42,967 nt of DNA from a virus. Its lineage: Duplodnaviria > Caudoviricetes. A program made the position numbers and the translations under genes. The DNA lies in IMG/VR virus record IMGVR_UViG_3300016643_000319, positions 1-42,967 of that record. One strand, given 5' to 3'. The notes under the pieces are model-generated. The model searched no databases. It worked only from the letters and a program-made list of their open reading frames with translations, and was not told the origin of the DNA. Shown here piece by piece: positions 9,507-17,923 of this stretch. Each line of letters starts with the position of its first letter. Within the stretch, counting starts at the first letter, position 1.

Positions 9507-10550
9507 TTACAGCTCCAGTACTTTGACCTCCTTGGGCTTCTTCTTTTTCTTTCCGGCCGCTTTGGCCTTACCCTTCTTCCCCGCGTTGCATTCCACTGTT
9601 GTACTCCAGCCAGACTGGGTGAACACCTGCTCCACCGAATCAACCAAAAACTCACCATCCAGCCCCTGCTTGAAGCCTTGTGCATTGATCTGCCGTTCGG
9701 CGAACAGATCTATACGCCCCAACATCTCCAGCCGAACTTCGGCAGTCGAACGATTGAACGCCGCCAACCGCGCCTTGGCGGCTTGCTCTGCAGCAGACTT
9801 GTTCGGATGAATGTGCCGGTCGGTGTGAACCGGGGGCAAACCTGCAGGGGCGTCATCGTTGTCCAAGGTCAGGTTGACTAGCTCGCCGGTTTTCTTGTCC
9901 TGATACCTGGCCTTGACGGCCTTCTGCACGGTGCGGTCGGTGAATCTGAATTGCCAGCGGCTGACATCTCTACGATGGATCGCAATCGCTGGCATGCTTT
10001 TCCCACTGGCGGTCAATCCGCTTTGACGGGGCAGCACCAACAACTTGCTATTGGCGACCTTGGCCGTGCAATCGTGATCTTTGGCTAGCCGCGTGATGAA
10101 GTTAAAGTCTGATTCATTCAACTGGTCTACGCGGGGTACCATCGTGGCAACCAAGCATTCAGGCTTCCAGCCGTTGCGTGCAGCGATGTCGCTGACGATC
10201 TTGGACAGCGGGACGTTCTCCCAGCTACCGCTGCGTGTAGTTTTACCGCTGCCGCGCATATCGCTGGCCTTACCGCGTATGACCAGGGTGTCGGGTGGGC
10301 CGGAGACTTCAATATCATCGACCGTGTAGCGGCCCAGACGGGCCATTGCTTTGTTGTCGTAGCCCAGGAAGACCTCTATTGCTGCCCCCTTTTTGGGGAG
10401 CGTGACGGCGCCGTCACGGTCATCGATGCGCAATTCGAACTCGTCCGACTCCATACCGGGCTTGTCTAGCGTGCGCAACAACAACAGGCGGTCATTAATC
10501 AGCGCTGTTATATCAGCACCGTCAGCGACGATCCGAAAGGTGGGTTTCAA
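9507..10550 (-). CDS. P2 gpD-like baseplate hub (late control D family)
   Basis: KPTFRIVADG, IDDRDG and DQLNESDFNFITRLA; TTG start with GGAG upstream. Confidence 0.9.
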   Translation of the reverse strand: MKPTFRIVADGADITALINDRLLLLRTLDKPGMESDEFELRIDDRDGAVTLPKKGAAIEVFLGYDNKAMARLGRYTVDDIEVSGPPDTLVIRGKASDMRGSGKTTRSGSWENVPLSKIVSDIAARNGWKPECLVATMVPRVDQLNESDFNFITRLAKDHDCTAKVANSKLLVLPRQSGLTASGKSMPAIAIHRRDVSRWQFRFTDRTVQKAVKARYQDKKTGELVNLTLDNDDAPAGLPPVHTDRHIHPNKSAAEQAAKARLAAFNRSTAEVRLEMLGRIDLFAERQINAQGFKQGLDGEFLVDSVEQVFTQSGWSTTVECNAGKKGKAKAAGKKKKKPKEVKVLEL

Positions 10551-10563
10551 ATTTTTGTTCTCC

Positions 10564-10599
10564 AAAAACGCCAAAGCCCCGCAATAGCGGGGCTTTGGC
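10564..10599 (-). terminator. Strong hairpin terminator after the tail moron
   Basis: Perfect 13-bp stem GCCAAAGCCCCGC/GCGGGGCTTTGGC with a 4-nt loop, followed by GTTTTT on the minus strand. Confidence 0.75.
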
Positions 10600-10613
10600 A
10601 ACAAGCTTAGATA

Positions 10614-11198
10614 TTATCGAGCGGCGTTTGCTCGCTGACAAAATAGACGAACATTAGTCGCATTGCTGCCCGTACTGCAGTACTCAAGCGCAGCCTCTAG
10701 GCCGAACTTGCGAAACGAAATATCCCGAGGCAGATTTCCAGCGTCCCAAAATACCCACTTCGACCAGTCGATGCTTCGCAGGTCGTTCCAGTTGTATGTG
10801 AGGAACAAACCATTTGAATACGTCGTAGGGCCACCGGGCGTAGAAACGGGAATTTGCGCCTGAATAATTACGACTGGAACACCTTCTGGGCGAGCTTCAT
10901 GAATGGCATTCAGCGCGTTTTGCGCGGACATCAGCACCCGCTTAGTCCAGCCGTCGCCGTCATGACTATCCCTTGGCCGATAAACGATGGTCAGCGAGCC
11001 GCCGCCATCTCTGACCTCGACTAGCTCACGGTCAGCTCGCTTGATCTTATGTTCCAACAAGATGGAAGCTTTCTGAGCATCCGTTGCCCCGGCCGGATAA
11101 CTCGGCTCACTCGGCCCCCTATCGCTGATGTCCTTATAAGCTGCTGCAATCAACCCAACAGCCGCGACGCCGAGAAAGATTTTCGTGGTGGTTTTCAA
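10614..11198 (-). CDS. Exported or membrane-anchored hypothetical protein (moron inside the tail operon)
   Basis: Signal/anchor MKTTTKIFLGVAAVGLIAAAY; TTG start with AGGGA upstream; C-terminal Cys pair. Sits between X-like and D-like genes. Confidence 0.72.
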   Translation of the reverse strand: MKTTTKIFLGVAAVGLIAAAYKDISDRGPSEPSYPAGATDAQKASILLEHKIKRADRELVEVRDGGGSLTIVYRPRDSHDGDGWTKRVLMSAQNALNAIHEARPEGVPVVIIQAQIPVSTPGGPTTYSNGLFLTYNWNDLRSIDWSKWVFWDAGNLPRDISFRKFGLEAALEYCSTGSNATNVRLFCQRANAAR

Positions 11199-11243
11199 TC
11201 CCTTGCTCCATATGAGAGTGGTCGCGCATTTTAGCGATCCCTC

Positions 11244-11450
11244 TCAATCCCACAACTGTACCTGTTCATCCATTGGTTCAGGGAGGTCCGGAAAGGTGAT
11301 CAGCAACCCTGTACGCAAAGGTTGCGCCTCATCCGCCAACAATCGATTCGCCGCAAGCACCGCCTCAACAGTGCCATTCAGATGCCCGTAATGCTGGTAG
11401 CACAGCGTATCGAGCAGGTCGCCGTCAGACGTTCTGCATATCATCGCCAT
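11244..11450 (-). CDS. P2 gpX-like (LysM-type) tail protein
   Basis: CRTSDGDLLDTLCYQHYG...VLAAN...QLWD. Confidence 0.9.
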   Translation of the reverse strand: MAMICRTSDGDLLDTLCYQHYGHLNGTVEAVLAANRLLADEAQPLRTGLLITFPDLPEPMDEQVQLWD

Positions 11451-12270
11451 AACGCGTGAACTCCAAACTAAAGGTTTGTTTACGCGGGATCCCGCCGGCC
11501 AGTAGCGCACCCTGCTCTTCCTCAAGGCTGCGTAAGCACCAGGTGCCCAGTACCAAGCCATAGCCGGTAGTCAGGTTTAATGGCAATAGCCTGGCTCCAA
11601 TCGAACGCAGGGTATCCAGTTGTTGGAGCCCGCCCTTGAAGGTCGGGAATATCGCGCCTTTGAGGCTTAACTTTTCTTCTCCCATGCCCACGCTCTGCTG
11701 CGCTGGCCTGCGACTGAGGCGCTCCTGCGACGCCCAGCGGAACTCCGTTTGCCGGCGTAACTCGTCGAAAGCCGCTGTATCCAGGTTGAAGTAAAACGGC
11801 TGAGCATTGGTTTGTAGAGGCTGAAGAATCAACAGGTGCGGAAACGGTTTGACCGCTTCGGCCATTGGCGTGGCATTCGGTGCCAAGGCGCTGGTGGGTA
11901 TGATGTTCGCCATGCGGGGGTCCACTTTGCCAGCGATCTGGTTGATCGCTGTGCCCGCCCGATAAGCCTGCTCCTTCAGCGTTCCCATACGCTCGTCAAT
12001 TCCTGAAAGCGTGCGGGTGGCCTTGTTGTAGGTTGCGAGCACGGTTCCGACTTTTGACTGAGCGGCACCAATCCCGCGCATTACACGCTGCAGCTTCGCG
12101 CCAACCTCAGGTGGCACACCTGGCAGACTGGCGATCTCCTCCGCCGCTCCGCTAATCTCACTGATAGCACCATTCACTGGGCCCATCATGTCGTCAATGC
12201 TATGCCTGCCCGCCTCCCCGGCCTGGACCAGGGATTTGAAACCGGCCTGCAATTGCTGCATATAAGTCAT
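11425..12270 (-). CDS. P2 gpU-like tail protein with N-terminal extension
   Basis: C-terminal FDELRRQTEFRW...G.VLG.W...FSLEF; follows the tape measure gene. Confidence 0.85.
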   Translation of the reverse strand: MTYMQQLQAGFKSLVQAGEAGRHSIDDMMGPVNGAISEISGAAEEIASLPGVPPEVGAKLQRVMRGIGAAQSKVGTVLATYNKATRTLSGIDERMGTLKEQAYRAGTAINQIAGKVDPRMANIIPTSALAPNATPMAEAVKPFPHLLILQPLQTNAQPFYFNLDTAAFDELRRQTEFRWASQERLSRRPAQQSVGMGEEKLSLKGAIFPTFKGGLQQLDTLRSIGARLLPLNLTTGYGLVLGTWCLRSLEEEQGALLAGGIPRKQTFSLEFTRYGDDMQNV

Positions 12271-12279
12271 CGCGCCTCC

Positions 12280-14769
12280 TTAAACATGCGGAGCATCGAA
12301 TAGATTGCGCCGAGCTTGCTCCCGGCTGAACTCCTCGAACAGCTGACGCATATACGGCATCATTTCCTGGGCCATTTGCCGTGGATCCTTGACGTCTCCC
12401 TGCACCGTCACCGGCATGGTCGGAGAGAACGTCCATGACTGGTCGACACGCGCCGGTTCCGGTTTCGCCGCGGCACCCGAACTGAGAAGTGCAGGTACTG
12501 CTGCAGCTGAGGGCGCAGCAGAAAACGAACGCGCAACGTCCCCCATCAACGGGCCGATGGAGGGCGTCGGTGCAAGTTGAGCCAGCCGCGATACGCTTGG
12601 CCCACTGGGTTTTGGTAGCAATAACGGTGAGGGCTGAGCCAAACGCTCTATCGGTACGTCCGGCACACCAAATGCTGCTTTGCCTACCGCACTACCCAGC
12701 TCACCGCCGCCCCAACTCCCGAGGAAGCCACCAATCAGGCCACCGACCACCGTGCCGATTACCGGCACAACCGAACCAATCGCGGCACCTGCCGCTGCCC
12801 CGGCCAACGTGCCGGCCAGGGTTCCTGCAGCATTGCCGTAGCCCTCGGCCTTTTCGTCGCGAGTCTCGGCATTCTGGTAGGTATCAGCAGCGATCAACCC
12901 CGCCTCAATCAGCGCCATGGGCGCACCGACCTTAGCGAACCCGAGCCCCTTACCCATCATGGCCTTGGGCGCGAACCTGTTGGCAGCAGCGTTGACCGGC
13001 GCCGCGGATGCAGCACCGGGAATTGCTGTACGGCCACCCCGACCTTTGCGACCTTTACCACGCCTGCCTTTTTTGCCCTGCCCATCAACTCCGCCACCAT
13101 CAAGCCCACCCACAGGCATATTGGTCACGATCACTTTTTGCGGAATATGGGGATTGCCCATCAGCGAACCACGGGCCACGTTGAGCATGCCTTTGCCCAT
13201 TTTGTACGCGCTCATCGCCGCGCCCAGTGCGACAATGCCACCGGCCAGAACCGTCGCGCCGCTGATGACTGTCGGAAACTTCCCTGCTAGCTCACCAAGG
13301 CCATATGCCACTTTCGCTAGCCCGTCTGCTGCCAGATCAGTCAGCGGGCGCACCGCATCACCGATACGCGTCATTGATGATTCAATGCCGGCGGTCGCAG
13401 CAGCCCACTTCCTGTTGGATGTTTCCCGCGCCTTGGCCGCGTCCGACTCAATCTTGGCTTTGCCATCCGTCTTCTTGATGGTCGACATATCAGCCTTGAT
13501 CTTGTCACCGTATTTAATCTGCGCGAGCAAACCGGCACTGGCGCTTTGATCGCTGACGATAGTCGCCAGCCCCGCCGCCTCAGTCAGCGCGACCATGGCC
13601 TGTTCTTCCTCGGCGCTGCCATCCGCAGATGCCTTGATTTTGGCCTTGAGCGCTTCGATTTTCTTGGCCTTGGCCGGATCCTGTTTTTTGATCAGTTGCT
13701 CACTGAGCATGATGAAGGCGTCGACCGGATTTGCCGCCTTGCCGCTTTTGGTCGCCGCCAGGATCGAGCCGGTCAAGTCGTAACCTTCCTTGGCGAACCG
13801 TTCCTGGCTGGTGCTACTGATCACCGCGTTCAGTAGGTTATTCATGTTGGTGGCCGCAGCCGCGGAATCCTGCGTTTGGGAGAACTGTGACTGTAGGCTT
13901 GCACCGAGGAAGCGCACCGCCTCCGGGCCTTCCATGCCCAGACGCTTGATGTTGCCGAGCATGGCCGGCAGGTACTTGGCCATGTCCTTGGGACCGAATG
14001 CGCCGATGTCACCCGCCGCCGCGACCTGGCCTAACATGGCGCCCATATCGGCCTGCTTCACCCCTGCCTCCTTGAAGGAGTTGATCAGAGTCGCAATGGT
14101 CTCGGGTTCCATGCCCTGGCCGTCGATCAGGTCGGCGATCTGCCCCGCGTAGCTCGCAGCGACATCCCAATCCACCCCTTTCTCAATCAGCGCCCCGACC
14201 GATCTTGCGAGCAGTTGCTGGCTCATACCCTTATCTGCCGCAACCTTGCTAATACTGGCTGCCAGTTTGGCTTCGTCGCCAGTACCAGCGGTGTGCGCCC
14301 ACAACGACATTTGTCGGATCTGCGCCTGGTAGTCGCCGGAAACCTTGGTGGGAATCGCCAACGACGCCGTGAGCGCTGCCGCTTTGCCGAGGGAGTTTTT
14401 CATACCCTCTTTACCCTGCTGAATCTGCGTATGGCCCAGGGCCTTGAGTTCGGCCGCTCGCGCTACCTGCCCGAGGGATTGGTATTCCTTGCGCAGGTTA
14501 CGGACCTCGATGCCCTGCTCTTTCAAGGTCTTGAGGTTGGACTCCAGTTTTCGCAACAGGCCATCGGCCGAAGCAGAGCCCGTGTCATGGGCTTTTTTCC
14601 ATTCGTCCCGCAGACGCACCGTATCGCCGATGGTGCTCTGCAGGACGCGGGCCTTGGTGCCGGTCTCACCAAGCTTCTTGATGCGGCCTTCTACATCCTT
14701 GAAGGCAGCGCCGACAGTGGAGCTGACGACGCCACCAATGACCAGGCCGAGCGCCATGTTATTTGCCAT
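12280..14769 (-). CDS. Tail tape measure protein
   Basis: 829 aa, Ala/Gly-rich and helical, with a glycine-zipper C-terminal region; after the tail chaperone. Confidence 0.92.
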   Translation of the reverse strand: MANNMALGLVIGGVVSSTVGAAFKDVEGRIKKLGETGTKARVLQSTIGDTVRLRDEWKKAHDTGSASADGLLRKLESNLKTLKEQGIEVRNLRKEYQSLGQVARAAELKALGHTQIQQGKEGMKNSLGKAAALTASLAIPTKVSGDYQAQIRQMSLWAHTAGTGDEAKLAASISKVAADKGMSQQLLARSVGALIEKGVDWDVAASYAGQIADLIDGQGMEPETIATLINSFKEAGVKQADMGAMLGQVAAAGDIGAFGPKDMAKYLPAMLGNIKRLGMEGPEAVRFLGASLQSQFSQTQDSAAAATNMNNLLNAVISSTSQERFAKEGYDLTGSILAATKSGKAANPVDAFIMLSEQLIKKQDPAKAKKIEALKAKIKASADGSAEEEQAMVALTEAAGLATIVSDQSASAGLLAQIKYGDKIKADMSTIKKTDGKAKIESDAAKARETSNRKWAAATAGIESSMTRIGDAVRPLTDLAADGLAKVAYGLGELAGKFPTVISGATVLAGGIVALGAAMSAYKMGKGMLNVARGSLMGNPHIPQKVIVTNMPVGGLDGGGVDGQGKKGRRGKGRKGRGGRTAIPGAASAAPVNAAANRFAPKAMMGKGLGFAKVGAPMALIEAGLIAADTYQNAETRDEKAEGYGNAAGTLAGTLAGAAAGAAIGSVVPVIGTVVGGLIGGFLGSWGGGELGSAVGKAAFGVPDVPIERLAQPSPLLLPKPSGPSVSRLAQLAPTPSIGPLMGDVARSFSAAPSAAAVPALLSSGAAAKPEPARVDQSWTFSPTMPVTVQGDVKDPRQMAQEMMPYMRQLFEEFSREQARRNLFDAPHV

Positions 14770-14797
14770 GGGGTAACTCCGTGCAGAGATAGGTAGC

Positions 14798-14911
14798 TCA
14801 GTCCGTGAGCCACCAGATCATCGTGGAAAAAGGCATGGACTCGATTTCGCTGGCCGCGAAGGAGAACTCCGTCGCCAAGCGTTTCGCGACCTGCTTCTGC
14901 AGGGAGGCGTT
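14798..14911 (-). CDS. gpE'-like extension of the tail chaperone, probably reached by frameshift
   Basis: The +1 frame after GGG GTT TAA C reads NASLQKQVAKRLATEFSFAASEIESMPFSTMIWWLTD*, resembling the P2 E' pattern. No clear start or RBS of its own. Confidence 0.65.
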   Translation of the reverse strand, partial: NASLQKQVAKRLATEFSFAASEIESMPFSTMIWWLTD

Positions 14912-15524
14912 AAACCCCGTCATCCTGCACCAGGCGAAAGTAGGCGGCTTGCAACCGCTGGTAGTCCGTCAGCTTGAGCCCCTCCAGATCCTTGGTGGTG
15001 GATTCAGACAGGTTGGCCAGGATGATGGTGTCGCGCTGATCGTCGTCGCCGTTGGAAGCAGACGTTGCCGCACGGACGTCGCTCACAGTGGGAGCGCGCA
15101 AGCTCAAACGGTCGACCTTCATATCGTTGATGTCATAAGGTTTGGACAGAGTGACGATTGCGCGCTCCAGATCAACGACCAGCCAGGCGGGCATTTCGTT
15201 TTCGTCGTCGGGGATGCCTGTATCCCGCAGCAACTGCCCGTAAGCAGCTTGCAAGCGTGCGTAGTCCGTCAGCTTGAGCCCATCAAGATCTTTAGTACTG
15301 GCATCAGAGAGCGAAGCGAGAATGGTCATTTCGCGCAGCACAGCGTCATCACCGCCAATAGCGTCAGAGGCGCGCACTTCACGCAACAGCGGAGCACGCA
15401 GAGTCAGCTGGTCAACCTTGCTGCCATTGATGTCGTATGGACGCGTCAAAGTGACCGCCGCGCTATCAGGACCAAGAACGAGCCAGGACGGAAGCTCTTT
15501 AAGCTTTATGAGTTTTTTCATCAT
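14910..15524 (-). CDS. Tail assembly chaperone with two tandem homologous domains
   Basis: Two copies of P.WLV...VTL..PYDIN..KVD.L.LRAP...DL.GLKLTDY.RLQAAY; lies between tube and tape measure. Confidence 0.88.
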   Translation of the reverse strand: MMKKLIKLKELPSWLVLGPDSAAVTLTRPYDINGSKVDQLTLRAPLLREVRASDAIGGDDAVLREMTILASLSDASTKDLDGLKLTDYARLQAAYGQLLRDTGIPDDENEMPAWLVVDLERAIVTLSKPYDINDMKVDRLSLRAPTVSDVRAATSASNGDDDQRDTIILANLSESTTKDLEGLKLTDYQRLQAAYFRLVQDDGV

Positions 15525-15538
15525 GAGATACCTTTCCG

Positions 15539-16042
15539 TTACAAGCCCAGGTCACGACGAACGCTGGCAAGTTGATCCACACCGTTGATGACCCGCACGC
15601 AGTTAACCGGGTCGATTTCGTACATCAGCCGCCCGCCGACTTCGAGCTTGTAATAGCTGCAAGCCACGGCGTACTTGAACTCCGCAGAGTCACCTGGCTT
15701 CCAGTCCCCTCCATCAATCTCCTTGAGCATTCCTCGAATGGTCGCGATGACGCCCGTTGTCGCGCCTTTCTGCCCCTTGAAGGAACCTCGGAACACTGCG
15801 TTGAAAGCGGTCTGGTCGGCCAAGCCGTAAAACTTCATGGCTTCGACACGCACGCCTTTGCCGGCGAAACTGGCTTCGAGTTTCTCCATGCCCTGGTCCA
15901 TCTCAATGGGGGCATCCATGCCAGCAGCGCGGAACTCATCGGTTTTCAAGGTTAATTTGGGGAGCGTCACCGTGGTGATATCCCCGGCGAAGCTGACGCC
16001 ATCGATATGGGCAGTCATGTTGTAGAGCGTTTGCGGAACCAT
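15539..16042 (-). CDS. Major tail tube protein (P2 FII-like)
   Basis: LPKLTLKTDEFRAAGMD and YYKL...EID..N...INGVDQL. Confidence 0.93.
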   Translation of the reverse strand: MVPQTLYNMTAHIDGVSFAGDITTVTLPKLTLKTDEFRAAGMDAPIEMDQGMEKLEASFAGKGVRVEAMKFYGLADQTAFNAVFRGSFKGQKGATTGVIATIRGMLKEIDGGDWKPGDSAEFKYAVACSYYKLEVGGRLMYEIDPVNCVRVINGVDQLASVRRDLGL

Positions 16043-16054
16043 CTGAGGCTCTCC

Positions 16055-17227
16055 TTATGCGTTGGTATCGAGGACTTCGGTCAACCATTGGTTGGTGACC
16101 TCGACCCGGAAGTTGGGGTTTTCTGCCGGCGGCACGTCGGTAAACCGGATGTTCCAGTACACCTTGCCCTGCTCCAGCTGGCTGGCCGTGTTCAGCTCTG
16201 GGTCGGCAAACACCTCGAAGTTAATCACCGCCCCCTGGTTTTTCAGGTCACGCATAAATGCCTGCAGGCCGTTGGTCACGTCGCTGACATAGGTCTTAGT
16301 GATCGAGCGGTCCACCGCCCACTTATGGCCGTATAAAATCGCGTCCATGACGATATCCATGGTCCGCACGCGGGTGACGAACGCCCACTTCGGGTCGCTG
16401 GAGCAGGTGCGGTTGCCCCACAGCCGGTAGCCGTCATCACGAATGATGGTGGTGATTTGTGCGTTGTTGAGCAGGTTGGCCCGGCAGGTTTCGTCACCAT
16501 CCAGAAACTCGATAGGGCGGCCGGTGCCAGTGATGCCGACAAACTCCTTGTTCGACGGCGAGGCCCAGAAACCGTATTCCGAATCGGTCCAGGCGAAGAG
16601 CCCGGCAACCCATGCTGAACTTGGTGCGTCGATGGTCGCGCTGAGTGCCGTGTCCCAGAACTTCACGCCAGGATCGACGAGGAACACCCGCTTGCTGCCG
16701 AAGTTTTCGCGGTATTCCATCGCCGCTTCATCGGTTGTGTTGGGACCATCAATGATCGCCATGGCGCGCAACTTATCGCTGAGAGCCACCAGCGCAGTCG
16801 CAGTCGCCAATGTAGCGGTGTGCTTCGGCGCCGCCAGCAAGCGAGGCTGTGCGTTGAACCGGCTCTTGCCATCCAGCAGCGCCTGCATGCCGGTGCGGGT
16901 GCCGTTCGCCAGGACGCCGCCAATGATGGCCGAGGTTTGCGCTGCAGCGTCTGCGAGCTTCTCCACGCCACAGGCGACGATGACCGCCTTAGAGCGAACA
17001 TAGATGGCCTGAACCGCTTTGGTAATCGCCGCGTCCGCCCCCCATGCTGCGATGGCTTCGCTTTCGCGGGTGATGAGGATTAGCTGGTTGGGCAACGCAC
17101 TGGCGTTGGGCCCTGGGACGAAAGTGTCACATAGACCGATGATTGACGATGAAGGAACCGCAATGGGCCGGGTGCCAGTGTCGACATTGGTCACAGTAAC
17201 GCCGTGAAAAAATCCGCTTGCACTCAT
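16055..17227 (-). CDS. Contractile tail sheath protein (P2 FI-like)
   Basis: FFHGV, GFWASPSN, GYRLWGNRT and PPAEN motifs; start trimmed to MSASG (GGAG upstream). Confidence 0.95.
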   Translation of the reverse strand: MSASGFFHGVTVTNVDTGTRPIAVPSSSIIGLCDTFVPGPNASALPNQLILITRESEAIAAWGADAAITKAVQAIYVRSKAVIVACGVEKLADAAAQTSAIIGGVLANGTRTGMQALLDGKSRFNAQPRLLAAPKHTATLATATALVALSDKLRAMAIIDGPNTTDEAAMEYRENFGSKRVFLVDPGVKFWDTALSATIDAPSSAWVAGLFAWTDSEYGFWASPSNKEFVGITGTGRPIEFLDGDETCRANLLNNAQITTIIRDDGYRLWGNRTCSSDPKWAFVTRVRTMDIVMDAILYGHKWAVDRSITKTYVSDVTNGLQAFMRDLKNQGAVINFEVFADPELNTASQLEQGKVYWNIRFTDVPPAENPNFRVEVTNQWLTEVLDTNA

Positions 17228-17239
17228 TGTGCAGTCTCC

Positions 17240-17317
17240 AAAAATAATGAAGCCCCGCAGATGCGAGGCTTCAATAGGTATGAAACAGATACGAACGCCT
17301 CGACTTTGCGAGGCGTT
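17240..17317 (-). terminator. Two tandem hairpins between tail fibre assembly and sheath genes
   Basis: Stem AACGCCTCG/CGAGGCGTT (17294-17317), then TGAAGCCTCGCA/TGCGGGGCTTCA followed by TTATTTTT on the minus strand. Confidence 0.65.
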
Positions 17318-17915
17318 ATTGGGATTGCATGACGACCCAATCAGGAGGCGAAGGTCTATGCTCAGCATTCGGAAATTCAGTAGCTACAGGCCAGTCACGA
17401 AGCGCCTGGACATAATCGAGTAGCTCGCCAGACTGTGTCGGCGTCAGGGTGGTAGGCCGCGCTGAATCGACTTCGTCACGATGTCGCTCCCGCAACCATT
17501 TAACTCGTTCAATTTCGCCATCTCGCCAAATACGCTCGGCAGCAACAAGGGCAGCTTGACGAAGATCATCATCCAACACCCAATCATGGCCGTCCCACCG
17601 ATAACCATGTCCAGGAAACGGTTTTGAGGTGAATGTTTGGGGAAGGGGCCCCAACTCATCCCACTGTTCCGACCTCCCTGTTTCTATCTGGTAAACAGTA
17701 CCTCGGTGATCAGGCACCAAGTGCCATATCTTGTCCCCTCCAGGTATATGAGCAATCGCAAAGCCCGGAACTGCGTCAGGGGGTGCGTCAGCAAACGCCA
17801 TAGCAGGGATAAGCCAATTTCCATCATCCAATGGATCAGGATCAGCCTGTAATGGGCCAACATACTCGCCAGTCAATGGATGTGCTTGATACACCAGCAA
17901 TGCTGAATCAGTCAT
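17316..17915 (-). CDS. Tail fibre assembly chaperone
   Basis: TGEYVG...ADPDPL, W.LVPDHRG and C-terminal YVQALRDWP...FP....RP.PP.W. Confidence 0.88.
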   Translation of the reverse strand: MTDSALLVYQAHPLTGEYVGPLQADPDPLDDGNWLIPAMAFADAPPDAVPGFAIAHIPGGDKIWHLVPDHRGTVYQIETGRSEQWDELGPLPQTFTSKPFPGHGYRWDGHDWVLDDDLRQAALVAAERIWRDGEIERVKWLRERHRDEVDSARPTTLTPTQSGELLDYVQALRDWPVATEFPNAEHRPSPPDWVVMQSQ

Positions 17916-17923
17916 GGTTTACC

